A DNA stretch of 64,000 nt from Gammaproteobacteria bacterium (GTDB lineage: Bacteria; Pseudomonadota; Gammaproteobacteria; Eutrophobiales; Eutrophobiaceae). Below the pieces are notes generated by a model. The model was given only the letters and a program-made list of their open reading frames with translations. It searched no databases and was not told the DNA's origin. Made by a program: the position numbers and the translations under genes. Positions 9,700 to 19,763 of this stretch are shown piece by piece (position 1 is the first letter of the stretch; the number at the start of each line of letters is the position of its first letter). The stretch covers positions 551,790 through 615,789 of the forward strand of contig CBDBPJ010000003.1 of assembly GCA_965208655.1 (NCBI GenBank), given 5' to 3'.

Positions 9700-12600
9700 C
9701 TAAAAGGAATAAGTAAAACCCAGCTTGAAGATGCGCCCCAGGGGGTTGTGGGTGAACGCGTCGTAGTTCAGGTCTTCGCCGGCGTAGGGCGGGTCTTCAT
9801 CGGTGAGGTTGAGCAGCGTTGCCCACAGGTTCAACCCGTCTTCCTTCACGGCCCAGTGAAAATGCAGGTCATGGGTCAGGTGGGCGTCGATCCTGATATT
9901 GTCCTCTACGTTGTCATAACCGTTGACGTATTTTGCCTCGTAGCGCAGGTTGAAGCCGCGCCAGGCGTAGTTCGCGTGCCACAGCATTTTCCATTCCGTC
10001 AGGGTACGGGCAAGAGGCGTTTCGTAGTTAAACCGCCCCAGTGCATTAAAGGAATTGCCCAGTTCCCATGAGCCGATGTCAAATGACAGGATACGGGTGC
10101 CGGAGACCTTGAGTTCCATATCTCCCGGGCCCGCGGGGAAGCGGTAACTGCCGGTGAAATCAATGCCGTCCGTCTCGACGTCGGGACCATTGACGATATT
10201 GACTTCAATAGCCTGCAGGTTTGCCAGGCTGGTGGCCTCGCCGAAGCGTATCCGCTGCAGGTAGGCAGGGTCGCCCGCATCGCAGTCCCCGTTCGGACAG
10301 GCGAGTTCCAGCACCCGGGGAAACGGTTCGACGACCAGGGGATCGGAGAACGAGTACGACCAGTAATCGAGTGAAACGCTGAGATCGTCGTTATCAGCCA
10401 GCAGGCCATCCTGGTTCAGCAACAGTCCGACGTTGTACGTAACTGCCGATTCCGGGTCCAGGCCGGGGTTGCCCTTGATGATCAGGCTTTTGAATGCTCC
10501 CGTTGCAGCCACGTAGCGCAGCGAATGTACGGAATTTCCGCTGACGGTCTGGTTAAGTGTCGGCCCGCGGAAGGCGGTGCTGACTGAACCGCGCAGGGCC
10601 AGGTTGTCGGAAATATGCCAGTGCAGGACGGCTTTCGGGTCCAGGCTGGCGCCGGTGCCGCTGCCGTAATCCTCGTAGCGCAATGACAGTTGCGTATTGA
10701 TGTCGTAGCCCAGGGGTAAATGCAGTTCGCCGAAGACCGAGTAGATGTCGCGGTTTTCATCGACGGTGTAATGCGGCGGCAGGTAGCCGAACACACCGCT
10801 GCGTTCCGCCTCGGGACAATCGGTAATACCGGGTCCCGCCGGACAGGGATTGATGCTGCCGTCATTCAGGGACCCCGGTATGGGGCCGTTTTCGAAGGTT
10901 TCCCGGCGCCACTGGGCGCCCAGTGCGAAATCCACCTCGTTCCCCAGTAACTGGAACGGAGTCGCGCCGCTGGCAATGCCTTCCAGCACCAGTAACGAAG
11001 TCTTGCCCTTGATGATGCGGTCGGTGAGCAGGTAATCGAACAGGCGCCGGTTATCCAGATCGGGGTTGAAATCCGGGTTTTCGTAATACTGCGCATCCGG
11101 AACCTGGGCGTGGGCGCCGTACATGCCGTTGGAGAACGGACTCCAGTACATACAGTTTCCCCTGCCTGCGTGCTGTTGCAGGGTTGCCAGGTCGAATTCA
11201 AGCCTGCCATCGACATACCGGTTCGGCACCTCCTGTTCACATTCGATACCACCCAGGCCTTGCAGCGCCCGTTTATCGCGATAGTTCATGACGTCCGCTT
11301 TTCTTATCCTGCGGGTTGATGAAGACCAGGTCGCAGAGGTGGTGAAGTCCAGTTTCCCGAACTGACCGTCCAGGCCGATAGCCCAGCGGGTGAGCCTGGA
11401 TTTAACCGGTTCGGCCCGTAACGGGCCGTCCTGGCCGTAAGAGCGGCCCAGCACCCAGCCCACGCTGTCCCAGGCATCCCCGGACCAGCCGCAGCGGCTC
11501 TTGTCGTCGCAGAAGGCATAGGGACCGTAAGTTTCCGGGTATTTCATGGCCATATCGACCAGGGCCGGGTTGTTCGCCCTGAGCGAGCGGTCCGGGGCGA
11601 TCACGCGGTTCGGCGGATACGAGGGCGAGGTATTCCAGTCCGGCACGCTGCTTTCGCTGTACAGGAATTCCCCGCTGAGGGTCGCGGTATCACCGAGTTC
11701 CCAGGATGCCTCGGTGAAACTCTGCCAGCGCCGGGTTTTCTCGACCAGGTTATCGAATGGGGTGTACTGGAAGCGGCAGCGTTTATTACCGCTGGTCGGC
11801 GCACCGCCCAGGGCTGCACAGTTTGGGTCGATGATACCGTTCGTATTGACGTCCGTGGTGGTGCCGGGCACGAATGTGGCAGGCCTGCCCGTGGACGACC
11901 AGCCGCCTTTCGGGTTTTCCGCGTAAGGGCGGATGGCCCAGTCGCGCTTGTATATCTCAAGCTCGCCGCGGCGGATGCCGCTTGCCGACGTGGTGATATG
12001 CCCTCTGCCGGCAAAATCAAAACCGCCGATGAATCCGATCTCGGTGTCCCCGCCTGAATCTTCTATTATCTTGTGGTTGGCGCTGAGTTCAATGCCGGAG
12101 AAATCGCTGCGGGTCCGGAAGTTCATGACACCCGCAATCGCGTCGGAACCGTAACTGGCCGCGGCGCCGTCACGCAGGAAATCGATGTTCTCCAGCGCGA
12201 TGAACGGCAGCATGTTCACGTCCACCAGCAGTTGCGTGTCGGCGCCGATGGGTATGGGTGACCAGGTGCTGCGGCGCCCGTTGATGAGCACCAGCGAGCG
12301 GCTTGGTCCAAGGCCGCGGATGTTAATGGTCGCCCGGTCCGGTCCTACCCCGGAGCCGCCGCCACCGCCCTGGAACCGGTCGGATTCACCGTCGGCGCCC
12401 TGGCTGAAGGGCAGGTTGAGGATCATGTCAAGGACGGTGGGCGACCCCTGGTAGCGCAGTTCATCCCGATCCAGGCTTGTGACCGGACTCAAAGCTTCTT
12501 CCGGGTCCATCCTGATGTGGGAACCGATAACGACGATCTCTTCGATAACTTTTTCTGCTTGTACCTGTGCGGGAACCGCAGAGGTGAATAACAGGGTAAT

Positions 12601-12708
12601 GCAGAGTGTGATAATCCGGCAGACGTAAGTTTGCCTTGAAGTAAGATAAAACAGCCGGTGCAGGTAATGGTCCTGCCGCCTACAGCTTGTCTGCCCTGCT
12701 TGCATGGC
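9700..12708 (-). CDS. TonB-dependent outer-membrane receptor (large, ~1000 aa)
   Basis: Signal peptide; plug/barrel pattern; canonical C-terminal ...GFTYSF. Start is uncertain: ATG candidates at 12756 or 12708 overlap the upstream gene's 3' end, and a CTG further in is possible. Confidence 0.8.
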   Translation of the reverse strand, partial: AMQAGQTSCRRQDHYLHRLFYLTSRQTYVCRIITLCITLLFTSAVPAQVQAEKVIEEIVVIGSHIRMDPEEALSPVTSLDRDELRYQGSPTVLDMILNLPFSQGADGESDRFQGGGGGSGVGPDRATINIRGLGPSRSLVLINGRRSTWSPIPIGADTQLLVDVNMLPFIALENIDFLRDGAAASYGSDAIAGVMNFRTRSDFSGIELSANHKIIEDSGGDTEIGFIGGFDFAGRGHITTSASGIRRGELEIYKRDWAIRPYAENPKGGWSSTGRPATFVPGTTTDVNTNGIIDPNCAALGGAPTSGNKRCRFQYTPFDNLVEKTRRWQSFTEASWELGDTATLSGEFLYSESSVPDWNTSPSYPPNRVIAPDRSLRANNPALVDMAMKYPETYGPYAFCDDKSRCGWSGDAWDSVGWVLGRSYGQDGPLRAEPVKSRLTRWAIGLDGQFGKLDFTTSATWSSSTRRIRKADVMNYRDKRALQGLGGIECEQEVPNRYVDGRLEFDLATLQQHAGRGNCMYWSPFSNGMYGAHAQVPDAQYYENPDFNPDLDNRRLFDYLLTDRIIKGKTSLLVLEGIASGATPFQLLGNEVDFALGAQWRRETFENGPIPGSLNDGSINPCPAGPGITDCPEAERSGVFGYLPPHYTVDENRDIYSVFGELHLPLGYDINTQLSLRYEDYGSGTGASLDPKAVLHWHISDNLALRGSVSTAFRGPTLNQTVSGNSVHSLRYVAATGAFKSLIIKGNPGLDPESAVTYNVGLLLNQDGLLADNDDLSVSLDYWSYSFSDPLVVEPFPRVLELACPNGDCDAGDPAYLQRIRFGEATSLANLQAIEVNIVNGPDVETDGIDFTGSYRFPAGPGDMELKVSGTRILSFDIGSWELGNSFNALGRFNYETPLARTLTEWKMLWHANYAWRGFNLRYEAKYVNGYDNVEDNIRIDAHLTHDLHFHWAVKEDGLNLWATLLNLTDEDPPYAGEDLNYDAFTHNPLGRIFKLGFTYSF

Positions 12709-13501
12709 GGTCCAGAAAGTCACCCAGGATCGTGTTAAACAGTCCGGGTGCTTCAATATTGGTTAAATGACCTGCACCCTCTATCAGTGTCAACTCCGAT
12801 CCGGGTATGGCGTCCGCCAGTATCCGGCTTTCAGACACGGGCAGCACCTTGTCTTCTATCCCTGCAATGATGAGCACAGGCAAGTTAATCTCCGGCAGGA
12901 TTGCTCTGAAATCCGTGGTTACCACTGCTTTTAACGCCTGGATATAAGGCCCGGTTCGAACAGCCGACAGGGATGCAAGCAGGCGCCGGCGGACATATTC
13001 CGTGGCTTTGGAACCGGTCAGCACGGTGATCATTTTTGGCGCAAGGTCGGCCGGTGTCAGTCCTTCCTGCAACGGTTTCAATCTGGGAGCCAGAAATTCC
13101 CGTCTGTCCGCCTCGCCGGCGGCGCCGAACCCCTGTGATGTATCCGCCAGCGTCAATGTTGCCACCCGGTCTGCATGGCGGCCATAGAAGTCCTGGGCGA
13201 TCATGCCGCCCATGGACAGTCCGACCAGGTGCGCGGTGTGTACGCCCAGATGATCCAGCAGGGCGTTGAGATCGTCGGCAAAGTCTGAAAATTTCAGCGG
13301 CTCATCCGGGTCGTCGCTGTCGCCGTAGCCCCGGGCATCCCAGGCAACCGTGCAATAGCGGTTGCTCAATCCGGCCTGCTGTTCAGCCCAGTTGGTTCGA
13401 TTACCGCCGATGCCGTGCATGAAGACGACAACCGGACCGGCTCCCCCTCTCTCATACGCCAGTTTCAGGGCGCCATTACGATAGTGCCGTAAAACACGCA
13501 T
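12680..13501 (-). CDS. Alpha/beta hydrolase (3-oxoadipate enol-lactonase-like)
   Basis: HGIGG ... GLSMGG nucleophile elbow; 273 aa. Confidence 0.75.
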   Translation of the reverse strand: MRVLRHYRNGALKLAYERGGAGPVVVFMHGIGGNRTNWAEQQAGLSNRYCTVAWDARGYGDSDDPDEPLKFSDFADDLNALLDHLGVHTAHLVGLSMGGMIAQDFYGRHADRVATLTLADTSQGFGAAGEADRREFLAPRLKPLQEGLTPADLAPKMITVLTGSKATEYVRRRLLASLSAVRTGPYIQALKAVVTTDFRAILPEINLPVLIIAGIEDKVLPVSESRILADAIPGSELTLIEGAGHLTNIEAPGLFNTILGDFLDRHASRADKL

Positions 13502-13516
13502 CTGCTGTCACACCGT

Positions 13517-13924
13517 TCAGCTGTCCGGGAGCAGGGCGATGACCTCGACTTCCAGCATCAGTTCCGGGACGACCAGGGCGGAGACCTGTACGCCGGTGCT
13601 GCAGGGCTTGTGATCACCGAAGTATTCCCTGCGTACCTCGAAGTAATCGGAGACTTTATCGTGGTCCGTGATATCGACAGTAAAAAACGTGGTCATCTTG
13701 ACCACGTCCTGAAAGCCAGACCCTGCTTCCTGCAGAATACCTCTTATATTTTCAAAAACCTGGCGGGTCTGTTGACGCAGGTCGCCGATACCGACGACGT
13801 TGCCGTCTGCGTCAAACGGGACCTGTCCGGAAAGAAAAACCAGGTTGCCTGTCCGGATACCCTGGGACAGTGGAAAATTTTCATCCCACCCCCAGCCTGG
13901 GTCTATGTATTGCATTTTGCTCAT
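13517..13924 (-). CDS. ridA: RidA/YjgF/L-PSP-family enamine/imine deaminase
   Basis: 135 aa; VFLSGQVP motif region and overall RidA pattern; start overlaps the hyuB stop (ATGA). Confidence 0.75.
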   Translation of the reverse strand: MSKMQYIDPGWGWDENFPLSQGIRTGNLVFLSGQVPFDADGNVVGIGDLRQQTRQVFENIRGILQEAGSGFQDVVKMTTFFTVDITDHDKVSDYFEVRREYFGDHKPCSTGVQVSALVVPELMLEVEVIALLPDS

Positions 13925-15690
13925 GCCGGTGTGCTCCCCTGTGTTGCCGGGTCTGCGGTGAGGGACGCGCGCAGGGTTTCGGTAGCCGTCTCGTCAATGG
14001 ACATTGTCACGGGATCAATTACCACGCCGTAGTCCCGCGTCGCGCCCTCGATGGAAACGTACTCATCCACGACATCCTGCAGTACCGCGTGTACATCTCT
14101 GGCGAGCGGGTCTCCCCAACCGCCGCCGCCGCCGCTTTGCGCGTACATGATCTCGCCGGGTTGTTGCGCATAGTCCGCCTTGGCGACCCGTACCTCTTCC
14201 TCGTTGTCGCCACCATAGTCAAGGACAACGTGATTGCCCGCCGCTTCCTTGCCGCCGGCAAAACCCATCAACGGACGCCGGCAGGCCTGGACCTGGATAA
14301 AATTGATCACCGGGTCCGTGGTGCTCATACGCAGCATCTGGTGGGCCGGTGAACCGCGCCATTTGCCGGGCGCCGCACTGTCGGTACTGTATTCATTCTG
14401 GTAATACAGGAACGGATACATCACTTCCTGCAACTCGAACGACGGGATGCGCAGGGAAGCATGAGGCGCCGAGTATCCGCCCCAACCGTCCGTGCCGCAG
14501 GCGCCGCCGCTGGAGGTCGGTGTGGTTGAGTAGTCAAAACTGACGTACATCTGGTTATCATATTGCGAATTCAACCCGAAAACGGTATTGATGGTCAGGT
14601 CGATGAATGCCGAGCCGGTTTTTTCCGGAACGATCTTTTCCAGGGTTTTCATTACAGCCTGGCCGATATCACTGCCGATGCACAGCGTTGAATTGCCCAC
14701 CGGCGCCGGCGGCAACGGGTTAATCACGGTACCCTCCGGCGCGATCACCTCGATCGGTCTGAAAAACCCGGAGTTCAGCGGCACATCCGGCATCACTACG
14801 GAAAATTCGGTAAATACCCAGGATAAGGTGTTGCCCTTGACGCTGTTGACGAACCCCTTGGTCTGGGGGTGAGTGCCGGTGAAATCCACCGTGCATGCGT
14901 CCCCTTCAACGTTGATGGTGACGTCCACGTTGATATCGATGCCGCCGTTGAAATCGTGTTCGAGGATACTTCTCCCCTTGTACTCGCCATCCGGCCAGGA
15001 AGAGATTTCGGCGCGCACCTGGCGTTCGCTGTAATTCAGGATGTAATCCACCGACTCCAGCACCGTATCCAGGCCATACTTCTCCACCAGCCGGACGATC
15101 CTGTCTTCGCCAACCTTGCAGGCGCCGATCATCGCGTTGAGATCCCCTTCCATGGTGTCAGGGAGGCGATTGTTGCCTGCCAGCAGGTTGACGATGTCGC
15201 GGCGCATTTCCCCTTTTTCGCAGATCTTGACGGGCGCCAGGCGAAAACCCTCCTGCCAGATTTCCGTAGCCAACGAGTTGTACCCCCCTGGTACGGGGCC
15301 ACCCACTTCGATAAAGTGCGCGCGTACAGCGGGAAAAAAAACGGGCTTGTTATGGTAGAACACGGGCTTCATCAGGGTCCAGTCAGGGATGTGACTGCCA
15401 CCGGAATAGGGGTCGGTGGCCAATACGATGTCCCCTTCATTGAGGTTGTATTTGAACGACTTTAACAGTGTTTCAACCGAATGGACGGACGCATAAATAT
15501 GGATGGGTTGCGAGTTTGCCCTGGCCAGCAGGCTGACGTTCTTGCCGTCCGAGTAAAACACGCCGGTGGAATAATCATGGGCCTCGCTGAAAACAGTGGA
15601 AACGGAGGTGTTCTCCATGGTTTTGCTTATTTCTTCCGATACGGTTTCCAAGTATTCGCGTATGATTTCAGCCGTGATCACGTCAATCAT
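13921..15690 (-). CDS. Hydantoinase B/oxoprolinase-family subunit (HyuB-like)
   Basis: TDPYSGGSH and GGGGGWGDPL motifs; start placed at MIDVITAEII, overlapping the upstream gene's stop by 8 nt. Confidence 0.85.
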   Translation of the reverse strand: MIDVITAEIIREYLETVSEEISKTMENTSVSTVFSEAHDYSTGVFYSDGKNVSLLARANSQPIHIYASVHSVETLLKSFKYNLNEGDIVLATDPYSGGSHIPDWTLMKPVFYHNKPVFFPAVRAHFIEVGGPVPGGYNSLATEIWQEGFRLAPVKICEKGEMRRDIVNLLAGNNRLPDTMEGDLNAMIGACKVGEDRIVRLVEKYGLDTVLESVDYILNYSERQVRAEISSWPDGEYKGRSILEHDFNGGIDINVDVTINVEGDACTVDFTGTHPQTKGFVNSVKGNTLSWVFTEFSVVMPDVPLNSGFFRPIEVIAPEGTVINPLPPAPVGNSTLCIGSDIGQAVMKTLEKIVPEKTGSAFIDLTINTVFGLNSQYDNQMYVSFDYSTTPTSSGGACGTDGWGGYSAPHASLRIPSFELQEVMYPFLYYQNEYSTDSAAPGKWRGSPAHQMLRMSTTDPVINFIQVQACRRPLMGFAGGKEAAGNHVVLDYGGDNEEEVRVAKADYAQQPGEIMYAQSGGGGGWGDPLARDVHAVLQDVVDEYVSIEGATRDYGVVIDPVTMSIDETATETLRASLTADPATQGSTPA

Positions 15691-17452
15691 TGTCGTATTT
15701 CTCCGGGCGATAGCCATTCACATCCTGCTCTTTTCTCAGTTCGGCGGTACGGGCGGTGTCGATTTGCAACGTCCCAGGATCAACAATGACAGCATATTGT
15801 TCCTCAGCCGCTTTAAGGGATACGTAACCATCCAGTACGTCTGCCAGTACCTGCTCCGGGTTCCTGGCCATGGGATCGCCCCAGCCGGCGCCGCCGCCCA
15901 TCCTGATACTGAGATCGGCGCCCTGTCCGAGCAACTGGTCCACGTAGGCGTTCTCAACGTTTATTTCCGCAGCACCGGAATGTACCAGCACGGAATTGTC
16001 CATGCCTGTGGTTCCTCCGGCAAATCCGGCTGCCTGCTGGCGCGGGATGACACAGGCTGTTAAATAGAACTCATCCGGATCCGGGTCGGGCAATTCAATG
16101 CACGCCTCCGTTCCGGGACTGCCGCGCCATTGCCCGGCGCCGGCCGAATCCGTCACGTATTCCAGCTTGCGGATTTCCCCGTCGACCTCCGCTTCAAACA
16201 TCTCAATCGACGGCAGGGGAGTCGTAGAGGAAATACCGGGCATGCCCCAGCCGTCCCGTCCGTCCGCGCCGCTGCAGCCGCCCTGGGTAAAGCGGGCATA
16301 GTCGGTAAATGCCAATTGCTCGACGGTAAAGCCGTTGCGTATGCCGCGCCGGATCATGTATATCAGCATGGCATTCCCGGCCACGTTGGCAACTTTTTCC
16401 GGAACAAGGCCGGACAGGGCATCGGTGACCGCCAGCGCCAGTTCGGTGCCGACATGGGATGCCGACCAGCCCGTCGGCGCCGGTATGCGGGCATTCACCA
16501 GGGAACCTTCCGGAGCAACCAGGTCGACACAACGCAGGCTGCCCGCATTCTTCGGAATATCGCCTCCCAGCGAAGCAAAAACAGGTAACAATGCATAACT
16601 CAGGGCCTGCGCCGGCGTAGTGTTTATAAAGCCGGTGGACTGGGCATCGGTTTCTGAAAAGTCCAGGAGCAGCCGGCCGTTTGCCGTTTCCAGTCTGACG
16701 CGGATATTGAGGTTTTCCCGTCCCTGGCAATCATGCATCAGCCTGCAACTGCCTTGCGCACTGACGTCTCCCCAACCCTTCAGCAGCGAACTGAAACGGA
16801 TTTCTGCGTAATCGACCGACCAGTCCAGCGCATCCAGTACCACCCCGGCGCCATAGTCGTGAAGCAACTCCGTCATACGCGCCTGGCCGACCCTGACAGC
16901 AGAAAACATGGCTTCCAGGTCCAGCCTCAAAGCCTTTGGATTGCGGCTGTTCAGGGCGATGGTGTTCAACGTGTCTTTGAGCAATTTCCCGTCACGGTAG
17001 ATCTTGACGGGTGGGCAACGCACACCTTCTGCCCAGATGTCGGTGGCCCTGGGATTGTAGTTTCCGCGCAAGTCACCGCCGATATCCTCCGTATGTGCAC
17101 GCACGCCCACGTACAGGACTATCTCCTCTTCAAAACTCACCGGCGCAAACGCGGTAAATTCCTGCAGACGCGAACCGCCGCCATAGGGATCATTGGTGAG
17201 CAGGATATCTTCTCCTCCCAGGTCGTACTGGAAGTAGTCAAGCACGGCGGTAGCGGTATCCGCCATGGATGAAAGGTATAACGGGTTGTCGATTGTGACC
17301 AGCGATCCTGCCTCGGTAAACAAGCCGTTACAGCATTGGTTTGCCTCGCTGACGGTAGTCGAGCAGGCTGTGTTTATCAGTGTGGCGCGCATTTCCGCCA
17401 CAACCGCGTCGAACTTGCTGCGCAGGACCTCGCCGGTAATTTTGTCTACCAT
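15683..17452 (-). CDS. Second, paralogous hydantoinase B/oxoprolinase-family subunit (HyuB-prime)
   Basis: NDPYGGGSRLQE and GGGAGWGDPM motifs; lies in tandem between hyuA and hyuB. Confidence 0.85.
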   Translation of the reverse strand: MVDKITGEVLRSKFDAVVAEMRATLINTACSTTVSEANQCCNGLFTEAGSLVTIDNPLYLSSMADTATAVLDYFQYDLGGEDILLTNDPYGGGSRLQEFTAFAPVSFEEEIVLYVGVRAHTEDIGGDLRGNYNPRATDIWAEGVRCPPVKIYRDGKLLKDTLNTIALNSRNPKALRLDLEAMFSAVRVGQARMTELLHDYGAGVVLDALDWSVDYAEIRFSSLLKGWGDVSAQGSCRLMHDCQGRENLNIRVRLETANGRLLLDFSETDAQSTGFINTTPAQALSYALLPVFASLGGDIPKNAGSLRCVDLVAPEGSLVNARIPAPTGWSASHVGTELALAVTDALSGLVPEKVANVAGNAMLIYMIRRGIRNGFTVEQLAFTDYARFTQGGCSGADGRDGWGMPGISSTTPLPSIEMFEAEVDGEIRKLEYVTDSAGAGQWRGSPGTEACIELPDPDPDEFYLTACVIPRQQAAGFAGGTTGMDNSVLVHSGAAEINVENAYVDQLLGQGADLSIRMGGGAGWGDPMARNPEQVLADVLDGYVSLKAAEEQYAVIVDPGTLQIDTARTAELRKEQDVNGYRPEKYDND

Positions 17453-17456
17453 GGCA

Positions 17457-19520
17457 TTACTGGAAGCTTTCGATAATGTAAGTCTGATAGTGGTCGAGCA
17501 TAGCCTCTTGTTGCGGATAGATGACTATCGTCGTTTCCGGTTCTTCGATTATGGCAGGACCCGTAATGAGGTTTCCGGGCCTGACTTTCGTGCCGTCGTA
17601 GATACGTGTGTCGACAAACCCGACCCCGTCAAAACCCACCCGGCGCGTTTCCTTGTATGCCGCAGACGGGTCCTCGGATTCGAACGGCGTACTGTGGTAT
17701 TTGAGAGTATCGCGGGTGCCGACCAGGTCCGCACGGACACTGAGTACTTCCACCATCTGGTCGGGACGTTTGAAAGAGTAAAGCTGCTCATGGGCCTCAT
17801 GGAAGTCCTGAAAGGTCTTGTTCAGGTTCAGTTCCGTCACCCGTTTTGTCCTCGAGCGGATCGGAACGGTGACTTCGTGGGTCTGGCCGACGTAGCGCAT
17901 GTCTATGGCGCGGTGGGTCTGGGTCTCGACGATGCCCGGGGTTTGTTTGAGCAACTCCAGGGCGTCGTTCTCAATCTCCTCGTAGATGGCATTCAAATCA
18001 TCGATGCGGATGGTGTTGGAACGACTGATGAAACTCTTGACCTTGGATATTTTGAAATTCGATATGATGCAGCCCAGTGCGCAGAATACGCCCGCGTTTT
18101 TCGGCACCAGGATCGTATTGACGCCCAGGTCCTTGGCCTGTACTCCCACGTGAACGGGACCTGCGCCCCCGAAAGCCATCAGGGCGAAGTCCCTGGGGTC
18201 GCGCCCGCGGGAAACCGAAACGTAACGGATGGCGTTGGTCATGGCGCTGTTGGAGATGCGGAATATCCCGCTTGCCGCTTCCTCGACCGACATGCCCAGG
18301 GGCTGTGCAATCTCAGTTTCGATCGCCTTGTGTGCGGCTGCTGTGTCCAGGTTGATTTCCCCCCCGCCGATAGCGCCCGGATTCAGGTAGCCCAGTACCA
18401 GGTTGGCATCGGTGACTGTGGGTTTGACACCGCCGCGACCGTAGCAGGCAGGTCCCGGGTCGGATCCCGCGCTCCTGGGTCCTACCCTGAGTGCGCCGCC
18501 TTCATCGATCCAGGCTATGGAACCCCCGCCGGTGCCGATGGAATGTATGTCTATCATGGGCGTGGCGACGCGGTAGCGGCTGACCCAGGAATCAACGCCG
18601 ATATCGGGCCGGCCATCCTTGATCAGGCAGACGTCGTAACTGGTTCCGCCCATGTCCACTGCGATCAGGTCCTTGTACCCGGACCATTCACCCACTGCAA
18701 CCGCCGCGGTGACGCCGCCGGACGGCCCTGACTGGATGAGTTCGACCCCGCGTTTGCAGCAGAAGTCAGTATCCATGACGCCGCCGTTGGAAAGCTTGAT
18801 GAACAGGCGGCCGCCGAAACCTGCTTCATTCAGGCTGACTTCCAGCTGGCGCAGGTAATTATCGAGTTTCGGACTGAGGTAAGCGTTCAGTATGGTCGTA
18901 CTGAAACGATCGAACTCCCGCACCTGGGGCAGGACTTCGCAGGACAGGGAAACATAAGCATCCGGATATTCCTCCCGGATGACCTCCCTGATGCGGAATT
19001 CGTGTTCATTGTTTTTGAATGAGAACAACAGGCATACCGCGATTGATTCGACCTCCAGTTGCTTTAAATTACTGACTGCGTCGCGTACTTCCTGCTCGTT
19101 GAGGTCAAGTACGATCTCGCCCAGGTGGTTGATGCGCTCAGTGACACCCAGGCGTCTTTGCCTGGGTACGATGGGGTAGGGCGCGGGCAGGCGGATATCA
19201 AAATGATCTTCCTTGTAGCCGGTACGCAGTTCGATAATGTCGCGAAAGCCTTTTGTGGTGATGAGCCCGGTTTTGGCGCCGGCGTATTCCAGCATGGCGT
19301 TGGTTACCACCGTCGTGCCCAGTACCAGGTTGTCGGCATTTTTGAGAAAGTCCTGTGAATCCAGGCTGAAATGCTCTGCGGATGTGCGGATGGCATTCAT
19401 GATGCCGACGGTTTCATCGTTGGGCGTGGTCAGCACCTTGCCGCTGACGATGTCATCCGCGCTGCGCACGACAAAATCGGTAAACGTCCCACCGACATCG
19501 ATGCCAATTTCATAACTCAT
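17457..19520 (-). CDS. Hydantoinase A/oxoprolinase-family subunit (HyuA-like)
   Basis: N-terminal IGIDVGGTFTDF ASKHA-fold signature; 687 aa. Confidence 0.9.
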   Translation of the reverse strand: MSYEIGIDVGGTFTDFVVRSADDIVSGKVLTTPNDETVGIMNAIRTSAEHFSLDSQDFLKNADNLVLGTTVVTNAMLEYAGAKTGLITTKGFRDIIELRTGYKEDHFDIRLPAPYPIVPRQRRLGVTERINHLGEIVLDLNEQEVRDAVSNLKQLEVESIAVCLLFSFKNNEHEFRIREVIREEYPDAYVSLSCEVLPQVREFDRFSTTILNAYLSPKLDNYLRQLEVSLNEAGFGGRLFIKLSNGGVMDTDFCCKRGVELIQSGPSGGVTAAVAVGEWSGYKDLIAVDMGGTSYDVCLIKDGRPDIGVDSWVSRYRVATPMIDIHSIGTGGGSIAWIDEGGALRVGPRSAGSDPGPACYGRGGVKPTVTDANLVLGYLNPGAIGGGEINLDTAAAHKAIETEIAQPLGMSVEEAASGIFRISNSAMTNAIRYVSVSRGRDPRDFALMAFGGAGPVHVGVQAKDLGVNTILVPKNAGVFCALGCIISNFKISKVKSFISRSNTIRIDDLNAIYEEIENDALELLKQTPGIVETQTHRAIDMRYVGQTHEVTVPIRSRTKRVTELNLNKTFQDFHEAHEQLYSFKRPDQMVEVLSVRADLVGTRDTLKYHSTPFESEDPSAAYKETRRVGFDGVGFVDTRIYDGTKVRPGNLITGPAIIEEPETTIVIYPQQEAMLDHYQTYIIESFQ

Positions 19521-19763
19521 TACAGCGGTCCCCTGGTTAGTGGCACAGCAATAGGTTTTCTGCTCAGTTTCAGGATTCTACGGTACAAGGATGTATAGTT
19601 AAAATCAATGTAGTAAAAATACGTCAGTGGTAATAATACCGATTGATTTCTGAATTTTATGATACCATTGGACACGGGTGAGCGGAATCACATAACTCAT
19701 CCTGGTCGGTATTCGCGAAGTAAAAATTAATAATCGATTAGCTTCAGTGGGGGGCGGTTCGTT

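Noticed and set aside
12680-12756. Long N-terminal extension of the TBDR (MKHPDCLTRSW...) overlapping the upstream hydrolase gene
   Set aside because: The extension lacks signal-peptide character and overlaps 77 nt of the upstream CDS. A shorter start (ATG 12708 or a nearby CTG) that leads straight into the hydrophobic signal sequence is more plausible.
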